From contig CM060733.1 in assembly GCA_030704615.1 (NCBI GenBank), positions 27,900,001 to 27,964,000 on the forward strand: a DNA stretch of 64,000 nucleotides. Reading direction: 5' to 3'. Below, piece after piece: positions 45,301-55,219 of this stretch. A program made the translations under genes and the position numbers. Origin of the DNA: Takakia lepidozioides. Its lineage: Eukaryota; Plantae; Bryophyta. The notes under the pieces are model-generated. The model did not search any database. It was not told the DNA's origin and worked only from the letters and a program-made list of their open reading frames with translations. The first letter of the stretch is position 1. Each line of letters starts with the position of its first letter.

Positions 45301-46519
45301 TACTTTCCAGTTACCAGCGTTGGAGGGCTCATCTGCAAAAAAAACTTGCTCGACTTGCCATGGAAATGTGAATGGTTCATCTCCCGGTGGCAGCATGCGA
45401 TCGAAGTCCACGAGTAGGAAACCATACTCATCCTTCTTCATGGTGCGGTTGCGACCTGTCAAGCTTGCTCTGACCCATTCACATATGAATACTACAGGAG
45501 TGACAGCACCATACTGAAGCTGTAAAATTTCACGAACAACACCAACACATTGCAGCTGGTTCATGACAGGGTTACCATCCACACCCCTTCCCGTTGACTC
45601 TTCGGCAAAAATCTGTGCAACCCCAGAGTCGAATGTGACATGGTAATCAACCACACCTGTTTCCACCACTCTGTAGTGATTTCCGTATGCCCACATAGAG
45701 CGAAATGAACGAGCAACAAACCCTGGTGGCTTACACAGATGACGAATATTTGCATCATACGCTGCTCCTCTTGAAACAACATTTTGTACTGCCGACTGTA
45801 TCCACATATGAAAAGCAGGCAAAGGCAACATGTTTTCGGGGGTATGGAACGGTGCGTTGGTGTGCATTTCTCCCTTGGGTGTTGTATGTGGCTCGAAATT
45901 TGGCTCTGGCTGATTCTATGGTGGCCTTCTCAATATCATAAAGTCTGGTCATACTCAATTCACACTTAGTCAGAACCATAATGTGTATGGTACTAACAGG
46001 AGCCAAGAGCCCATTGCGGTTGCGGTGCCGGTTGCGCTTCGCCCCTTCCTGCATCAGTAGCTCAAGAACAGGTCTGCAAAGCCTCCATCCCACGCCCCCA
46101 TCCTGCGATCATCGCGTTCCATGACCCAACACAACAGCTCGATACTAAGAAACCGCGCAGGAGAAAAAGAAAAGAAAAGCTAAGTCCCAACCCTCTCATG
46201 CACAACCCTATAAGCAAAAAAATTAATTTTCTTAACCTTTTGGCTACCAGGCTTGCACTAGAAGTCATTCGGGCGACTATTTGGTGGTGAGCTCACGCGG
46301 GTCAACCATCGTTGACCAACCATCCCTCTAGTGCGGAGCCATGCACTCATGACGACGTCTACCAAAGTAGTCACCAGGAGGACTACATAGTCACGTAGTC
46401 ATTTCAACGACTACGTGAAGCCCCATTTGGTCCAAAAATACAGGGAAGTCATGGTCAAAGTCAGGAAAACCATGACTACCACGGCTCGACAGTCAGATAT
46501 ACCGCAATCTATTGTAGTG
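42397..46519 (-). mobile_element. Internally deleted CACTA element
   Basis: Left end CACTAGAAGAGAAACCGG and right end ATCTATTGTAGTG (CACTACAATAGAT). DUF4216-type ORF at 45208-45867 (SMWAYGNHYRV, TFDSGVA, KKDEYGFLLVDF, QVEQVFFAD, WKVVL) and TnpA-like exons at ~43650-44860. Confidence 0.85.
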
Positions 46520-47735
46520 CATTTTGTCAAACACTCCCTTTGCATCCTTGACACTCCCGCATTTAACATACATGTCCATAAGGACAGTGTCCAGAATGAC
46601 ACCTGGTACAATTCCAGCTTTCATGATGTCAGCATGGACTTCTTTGCCCTTTCTGAGAGCTACCAGGCAGGCACAAGCATTGCAAGCAAAAACAAATGTG
46701 ACCTGGTCAAGCTTCGTCCCTTCCCAAATCATTTGCTCATAAGGTCCCCAAAGTCTCCATCCAGCATGCATGTTGGGCATATCATGTGATCATCGCATTC
46801 CAGGACACCAAATTTTGTTCAGCCATAGTGTCATTTGAGCATTCCCTTTGCATCTTCGATGCTCCCACATTTCACATACATGGCCACAAAGGTACTGTTC
46901 AGAATGGTATTTGATACAATTCCAGTTCTGAAGATGTCAGCGTGGACCTCTTTGCCTTTTTCCAGGGCTACCAAGCTCGCACACACATTGCAAACGCAGA
47001 CAAACGTGACCTAGGTGGGCTCACCCCTTTCCATATCATTCGGTCATAGGTCCCCAAAGCCTCCATCCCACACCCATGCTGGGTGTATCATGCAATCATT
47101 GCACTCCATGATACCACATTTCGTTCAGCCATGTTGTCAAACACTCCCTTTGCATCATCAATGCTACTGCATTTGGCATACATGTCCACGAGGGCTGTGT
47201 CCAGAATGACACCTGGTAGAATTCCAGCTTTCATGATGTCAGCATGGACCTGTTTGCCTTTTTCCAGGGCTCCCAGGTTTGCACATGCATTGCAAATGCA
47301 ACCAAACGTGACATGGTTGGGCTTCACCCCTTCCCGCATCATCTGCTCATAGGTATCCAAAGCCTCCATCCCAAACCCAGGTTGGACATATCCTTCGATC
47401 ATCGCACTAAATGACACCACATTTTGTTCAGCCATTCTGTCAAAGACTCCCTTTGCATCTTTGATGGCAGCTCCCACATTTGGCATACATGTCTACTAGA
47501 GCATTATCAAGAATGACACCTGGTAGAATTCCAGCTTTCATGATGTCAGCATGGACCTGTTTGCCCTTTCCCAGGGCTGCCAGGCTCGCACACGCATTGC
47601 AAACGCAATGAACATGACCTGGTTGGGCTTCACCCCTTCCTGCATCATTTGCTCATAGGTCTCCAAAGCCTCCATCCCACACCCATGCCGCGCATATCCT
47701 GCAATCCTAACACTCCAGGACACACATTTTGTTCA
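46520..47735 (-). pseudogene. Tandem PLS-PPR triplets (~4 x ~300 bp), frameshifted
   Basis: Repeated EALETYEQMMREGVKPNHVTF..NACA.L.ALEKGKQVHADIMKAGILPGVILDTALVDMYAKC.SI.DAKGVFD.MAE.NVVSW. Confidence 0.9.
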
Positions 47736-48189
47736 CTGTTGACTTTGTCTGTGGGCGCCCGTGCTCCTGGGACCAATATTGATTGTGTTGCACTTCAGGT
47801 GGCGGGGGATGAGAGGCTGGCGTGAGAGCTGCAGCAGGCTGAGTCTAAAGCAGTAAGAGGCGATCAACCTTGGGATGATGAAATATTGGCGAGGATGTTG
47901 CAACAAGAAGAGAATGCTCACGTCCAGGGGCTCCCTCTTGGACCATCCGTCACATTTCACGGGACTGGTACATCACGTATTCATGTTGTTTTGGGAGAGA
48001 TGGAGAACCAAAGGGTAGCTCGCATGCTTTTGCAAAGTGGGCTGGTCCGGGCCCAAGCTGAGAGGGTTTGAAATCCTGGTTCAAACTCCAAGGCAGCACG
48101 CATGCCCGGCCATGGCCGCAGCTCTACTGTGTCTGGTCTCCGGACATGACTACCTCCATGGAGGTAGTTTATAACTACTCTCATGCAGG

Positions 48190-51100
48190 TAGTTGTCAGA
48201 GCTGCAATTGTACCACATGTCATTCTGAACAATACCCTCGTGGACATGTATGAAGGGAGTGTTTGACAGTATGGCTGAACAAGATGTGGGTGTCGTGGAG
48301 TGCGATGATTGCAGGATATACACAGCTACGGTGTGGGATGGAGGCTTTTGAGAACTATGACCAAATGATGTGCAAAGGGGAGAAGCCCAACCACATCACA
48401 TTTGTTTGTGTTTGCAATGTGTGTGCAAGCCTGGGAGCTCTGGGAAAGGGGAAAGAGGTCCATGGTGACATCGTCAAAGCTGGAATTGTACCAGATGTCA
48501 TCATGAACACTGCCCTAGTGGACATGTTTGTCAAATGTGGGTGCATTCAGGATGCGGAGGGAGTTTTCCACACTCTGGCTGAACGAGATGTGTTGTCGTG
48601 GAATGCCATGTGTGCAGGGTATGCACAGCAGGGGCACGGGATGGGAGGCTTTGGAGACCTATGAGCAAATGATTGGGGAAGGGTGAAGCCCAACCACATC
48701 AGGTTTGTGTGCGTGTGCAAGCCTGGCAGCCCTGAAAAAGGGCAAAGAGGTGCATGGTTGCATCGCCAAAGCTGGAATTGTATCAGATGTGATTCTTTAT
48801 GGATCAATAGCTACAAGAAACCTGCATGGTAGATGGTCAACTAAAGACTGCAGCTGCAGCAGCACAGTTCACGAAACCTCAACCATGACCACAGCTTCTG
48901 AAAGAGGATCAAGAGAGGGAGTCCAAAATGCCTCTTCTGGCACTTCTGGGCATGTGAAGATGCTTTGCGGCAGGCAGACTGACGGAGGCTCTACAGACTT
49001 AAAACCAATGAGGCATTTCAGCAGATTGAGGTACGTATGTCTGTCCCTTGCTCAAGTGCAACAAGATGGAAGGTCTGGACGCTAGAAAGCAGGTGCACAC
49101 TTACATTATCCAAAGTAGATGCACGCCAAATGTTTTTCTACTCAACACCCTTGTCTCCATGTATGTTAAGTGCGGGAGCATCATGGATGCTCACCAAGTG
49201 TTCAACAGAATGCCTCAACGATCTTTGATCATGTAGAATATAATGTTGGCAGGAGTTCCCAAGCATGGGTGTGGTAGGAATGCTTTGGAGACCTATGAGC
49301 AATTGTTGCGCGAAGGGGTGAAGCCCAACCACATCACATTTGTTTGTGTTTGCAATGCGTGTGCAAGCTTGGGAGCTCTGGAAAAGGGGAAAGAGGTCCA
49401 TGGTGACATCATCAAAACTGGATTTGTACCAGATGTCATTCTGAACACTACCGTGGTGGACATGTATGCCAAATGTGGGTGCAGCAAGCCTGATGCGAAG
49501 GGAGAGTTCGACAATGTGGCTGAACGAGATGTGGTGTTTTGCTGTGCCATGATTGCAAGGTATGTGTAGCATGGGTATGGGATTAAGGCTTTGGAAACCT
49601 AAGAGCAAATGATGTGGGAAGGGATGAAGCCAGACCAAGTCATGCTCATTTGTGTTTATAATATGCATATGCGAGCTTAGCAGCCCTGGGAATGGTCAAA
49701 GCGGTTCAAGGTGACATTATCAAAGCTGGAATTGTACCAGATGTCATTCTGAACATTCCCCTGGTGTACATCTATGCTCACCAAGTGTTCAACAGTGATC
49801 TTTGATCATGTGGAATATAATGTTGGCAGGATTTACCAAGCATGGGTTGATAGGAATGCTTTGGAGACCTATGAGCAAATGTTGCGCGAAGGGTTGAAGC
49901 CCAACCGCATCACATTTGTTTGTGTTTGCAATGCGTGTGCAAGTTGGGAGCGTTCTGTTGTAGTGATTACTTTTTTGACCCCAGTCAACGGTGGGACAAT
50001 CAAGGCGAAAAGGTGAATGCCTGTTGGATTACAGAGAATAGAAGATGCATTTGAGCATAGGAACTAGTGTGATAAGTTGAGTTGGGTGTTTCCTAGAACA
50101 ATTCGAGGCTTTCATTGTCAGCTGCTAGCAGCAAGGCAAGGGTGAATGCATGATTTTGGCAGAGGCATGGATAGCTGAAAGAGCAGGGATAGAATGTAGG
50201 TCCAGATTCATCGAAGAGGGCTGGACTTCAAGCTCCTATGATTCCCTGTGGATCAATAGCTACTAGCAACCTGCATGGATAGATGGTCAACTGGAAGCTG
50301 CAGCAGTAGTGGTGGAATTGATAAATCAGGCACTGCTAATGAAGGCACCTTCTTCAACACATTTCACCCTGTTTTTCCTTCTTATCAGAATTGACCCTAA
50401 GTTTCCATGTTGAATTCTGCATGTTAGCTGGTTGAGTGAACCTTTGATAGTTTGGAGTGACTTGACATGATACTGCCAATGTGACAACAAGAAAGTATCC
50501 AGAAACAGATAACAGAGATGAGGAGAAGCTGTGGAATGAATACTTTTCTTACCCAGTCAATGGTGGGACAATTGAGGCAAGAAGGTGAATGTCTGTCTGA
50601 TTATAGAGAGTAGCAGATGCAATTGAGCATAGGAACTAGTGTGATAAGTTGAGTTGGGTGTTTCCTAGAATAAATCTAGGCTGTCATCGTCAGCTGCTAG
50701 CAGCAAGGCAAGGATGTATGCATGATTTGAGCATAGGCATGGATAGCTGAAGGAGCAGGGATAGAGTGTGGGTCCAGATTCATCCAAGAGGGCCAGAAAG
50801 AGGTCTATGGTGACATTGTCAAAGCTGGAATTGTACCGGATGTCATTCTGAATACTGCCCTGGTGACATGTATGCCAAATGTGGGTGCATTAAGGATGCG
50901 AAGGGAGTTTTCAACACTATGGCTGAACGAGATGTGGTGTCATGGAGCGCGATGCTTGCAGGGTCTGCACAGCAGGCCGGACGTGGTATGGAGGCTTTGG
51001 AGACCTATGATCAAATGATGGGGGAAGGGGTGAAGCCCGACCACATCACATTTTTGTGCATTTGCAAGCCTGGCAGCTCTGGAAACGGGCACAGAAGTCC

Positions 51101-52714
51101 ATGGCAACATTGTTAGAGCTGGAGTTTTACCAAATGTCATTATGAACAATACCCTCGTGGACATGTACATGCAAAATGTGGGAGTGCAATGATTGCAAGA
51201 TATGCCCAACATGGTTGTCGTAGGGAAGCCCTGCAACTATTTGAAGGTATGCAAAAGGAAGGCTTCAAGCCAAATGGTATCGCCTTTTTAAGTGTTCTAC
51301 AAGCATGCAGCCATGGGGGCCTAGTGGATGAAGGCAGACACTACTTTGATTCTCTGAGTCGAGATCATGGTCTCAATCTTATAGTGGAGCACTTCGGCTG
51401 CATGGTGGACCTTCTTGGCCGTGCAGGGCTGAAAGTTTGGAAGCGGCAGCAGTGCACAAGCTTCTTTCTGCAATAATCCCTATGGAACCAATATGGACTA
51501 CTACAATCCTTGGATCCCTGGTCTGGTTGCAAAGATTCAAAGACTGGTTGTCGAAGCCCAGGAGAAGCAAAAAAGACACCAGATTATTGATGATGTAACT
51601 TTTATTTGAAGTTAATCAAGAGCTTGATGTCAGAGATGGCTAGTTCTTCCTCATTGTTTCTGAACTGTCCTGTATTGTCAGAGATATTCTTGGCCTGATG
51701 GTCAGAGTCAAACAATGCTATATATCCTACCATAATTGTTTCCAACTGACAGGAAGAGAGAAATTGTACCGAGTACTGATTGGACCTGTCAAAGATGAGC
51801 TTGATACACTACTCAAACCTGAGGATACCCTCATGTTCGTGCCATATGAGGTACAATAGTAAATGTATGGTTTGCCTACTAGGGTTCAAGTGAGCTGTGA
51901 GATGCATGTTGCAACAAGGATTGACTGTGGTGTACTCAGGCCGAGTTGGTGTAGGGCCTTGAGACAACAGGCCTTCATTTCTCCCTAGAGCACGATCCTG
52001 TTGTGGGTGGAATAATGAAGAATAATCTAGGCATAACTTTATAATTAATACTCAGCAGTGCAGACGCTGATCTAATGTTGCCCCCCAAAAACAGCAAGAA
52101 TGAGAGATCAAACTCATCTTCAAGTAGAGGTGCTAATGTTGCTAAAGGAGAAAGCAACGTACTCGAAGACATTGTTTGTTGTAGCCTTGCAGCCCATGTT
52201 GCTAAAGACATTGATATTACTTAGCAGTCAGATTGTTCATCACTGGCTACATTCTATGGAACATAAGAGCATTCTGGTAACAATCAAGTTATAGTTACAC
52301 CAATGTAGTGGGCAAAAGTATGAGCACGAAGTTTGGAAATCGATGAAAACCCCTAAATCTGAGGTTGAGGACTTCATTAACGAAATGCCAGTCCAACCAA
52401 ATGTGGTGGTGTGGAAAGCCTTGCTTGGTGCCTGCAGAATTCATGGCAATGTGGAGGTGGCAGAACGAGCGGCAAAATCTATTCTTAGATGGGATCGACA
52501 GGATGCTACTACTAATGTGCTGCTATCAAATATCTATGTCGCAGCTGGCAGGTGGGATGATACTGCAAAGGTAAGAACAATGATGAAAATCAGAGGTGTC
52601 CGAAAGCAACTAGGTTCCTGCTACATGGAGATCGGCAACCGGGTCCACATTTTGTGGTACATGACAAACTGCATCCAGAGCTACCCAACAATTAAACCCA
52701 GGGCTCAGCCTTGA
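48190..52714 (+). pseudogene. Scrambled PLS-E(+) PPR pseudogene cluster with OSB-PDF modules and an insertion in the E domain
   Basis: PPR triplets at 48190-49945 and 50800-51430. PDF modules at ~48800, 49965-50345 and 50495-50790. E motifs EHFGCMVDLLGRAG (to ~51430) resume at ~52361 with EVEDFINEMPVQPNVVVWKALLGACRIHGN..LLSNIY..W..MKIRGV. E+ start (F)VVHDKLHPE is present; no DYW domain is seen. Confidence 0.9.
51753..51850 (+). other. Possible captured exon of a CHAT-domain (caspase/HetF-like) protein within the ~930-bp insertion
   Basis: AG/GT-flanked 98-nt exon reading REKLYRVLIGPVKDELDTLLKPEDTLMFVPYE, resembling the CHAT 'LY..LI.P......L..VP' motif. Confidence 0.45.
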
Positions 52715-52944
52715 GGAACGCCTGCCTCGAAACTTGACTGTGCGCCATGCTAGTTTTGTGTGGGCGCTTGTTTTTATAGGTGATTGGTCCGGATTTGATC
52801 ACCGGCCAGTCCTAGAGCAGATTATAAAGCAATTGCAGCTGAAACTAGAACCCAACCCATCTATCATTAAAGTGAAAATTCAGAGCTGAAAGCTGCCCAC
52901 CAAGGCTGCCCAAACATGAGACATTGTAAGACAGTGTCCCTCCC

Positions 52945-53240
52945 TGTGGCCTATGGGGCTGTGAGGGGCTGTGATAGGCTGTGGCCTTTGGGGCTGTGAC
53001 CCTGTGACCTTTGTACGGCTGTGACAGGCTGTGCCTGTGGCCTTTGGGGTTGTGATGGGCTGTGACAGGCTGTGACAGGTGGCCTTTGGGGCTGTGATAG
53101 GCTGCGGCCTGTGGGGCTGTGACCCTTTGACCTGTGTAGGGCTGTGACAGGTTGTGGCCTATGAGCTGTGTGGGCCTGTGCTAGTCTGTGGTGGCCCGTG
53201 TTGACCTGTGGACGGCCTGTACTGACTCGTGGAGGCACTG
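52945..53240. repeat. Degenerate GGCTGTGA(C/T)A minisatellite
   Basis: Dense GCTGTG/GGCCTGTG/TGACAG units. Confidence 0.85.
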
Positions 53241-54037
53241 GTGGACTGCCTAAGGACTGGTATGTGGTCTTGAAGGCCGAATTTTGAAGCTCGTGGAGGG
53301 CGGTTTGAGGAGTATCTTCATGATATTCCCATGGTCATGCAAGTGAGGGAAGAGAGGAGAGGAAGAGTGTTGGGATGAGGGCATGCTGGGGTAAGGCATT
53401 GCTTTAGCTTCTCTTCCTCGTAGTTTCACCTTCTCATTAGGCCAAGATCTTTTTGTAGGTGGAGGCAAGAGTCAGTCCGGGTTTGGGCTGGGGTGTCCTT
53501 GCAGGAGCAACACCGTGGAGTTGTTTTTGGTGTGGGGGAGTTGTCGTTCTGATTTCTTGTGTTTGGATCCCCTCCATACCTGACCTTTGCCTACTCTACA
53601 ACTGTGCAGTCAAATGACAACAATGTGTTACATGTGTCCTAGTTGGCAGCTATGGCTTCTGTTTGCTTCTGATTCTACCATCATTTACACCACCCTATAG
53701 GTAAAGACAGTTTTGTATCATTTGTTGACTATCCCCTATTTTCCCTCCCAATCTCTATGTGAGGTGTTGCCATATTCGGGGGGTGCTATTCCGTGAGCCC
53801 GGAGGCGTGAGCCTGTGAGCCCAGGAAACCGTGAGCCCAGCACAGGCTCACGCCACGTCAGCATGCATGTAGGGCCTATTTCCGTGGGTGTCACCTATTA
53901 CCGCGGGTTGAACAGCCATTTCCCGGGAATGCAGACTGGATGTGTTACATCCATTGTATCCATCCTTTGTATCCATTGCATCCATCTAGACGTTATCAAC
54001 ATACCAAGCCCCTGCATTGGAATGTGGGTACGTCGTG

Positions 54038-54262
54038 AGGAGGTGCACACTGACATCATCTAAAGCGGATCCCTGCGAAATCTTTTCTTACTCACCACCC
54101 TTGCGAACATGCCAGGTATGTGCGGGAGCATCATGGATGCTCACCAAATTTGAGAATGCCTGAACGATCTTTGATCACGTGGACTTCACCTCGATGGATT
54201 TACCAAGCATTCTTCTAGCAGGAATGGTTTGGAGACAAGCGAGCAAATGATGCGAGAATGCT
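54038..54262 (+). pseudogene. PPR fragment inside the MULE
   Basis: EEVHTDII*SG..NLFLLTTLANM..MCGSIMDAHQ..MPERSLITW..GFTKH..RNGLETSEQMMRE; homologous to 49090-49315. Confidence 0.8.
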
Positions 54263-55219
54263 CTACACGAACCAAAGTCGATTGTTTGTTTTTGAAATGC
54301 ACTCAAGCCTGTACAGTCCACAAAACTCTAAATAGATTGAAAGAACAATCCGGGAACAATCCGGGCTGTTGCGGCGGTGGCTGCTATACGCTCATTCTCT
54401 CTCCTCAAAGACACCTCCTGAGTTGGGGTCTCAGAAGGAGGGCAATCCAAATACCAACCACAAGCAGAAAGATGGTCTGGGCCCCAGTCATGCAAGATCC
54501 AGTAGTAAACATGGTCTGGTTGCCAGCAGGGACAAGCCAAAGGTCCACGAAATCAGGATGTTTGCCCAAGCAGTTCTCTTCCATGTGAACAAACTTTACG
54601 TACCTGCAGGAACAGAGACAGCCTCATTATGCAATGCAATTATTGTCTCTCAGCTTTTCCATCACACCAGGAAGACCCCCTTAAACAATATGCGGCACAG
54701 TACATTGCAACCACCGCACACAAAGTAACCTTAAGGCCCCAGGGTGTGTACCTTGGTGTTACTACACAGGGATAGAATAAATGAGTGTGCGGCACCGCAA
54801 ACTCATATAAGGGAGCCCAAAACAGGTTGGATGGAGGAGAGTGTGTATTTGCAAAACAAAGAAGCACAGTCCATTTCGCACATGTAAAGGCATCGTTTCC
54901 ATGCTTCCTCTCCTTTCTCTTGCTGGTCAAGCTCATTTGTTCGACTAATGCCACCCTTCTTGTTGAACTCTCTAAAGAAACAAGATTGTCACACTGTGGC
55001 TCTCCATTTCCTCATGTATGCTTGGAAGGAGACCTTCGGTGCTGTCATGGTGATGCCATAGTCATCCAGCTGAGTATGTAGAACCGACTGGGCCCTTTCT
55101 TCCAACTGCAAAACAATTCAAATGCAAGAATGAACCAAAAAACAATCACAGACAATGTAACAGCCAATGGAAAGAGAAGGACAGAAAAAGCGACAAGAAA
55201 GTGACACAGCAAAGGACAT

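Noticed and set aside
52620-52760. DYW deaminase domain
   Set aside because: The sequence diverges right after the E+ start; no HxE or CxxC motif was found.
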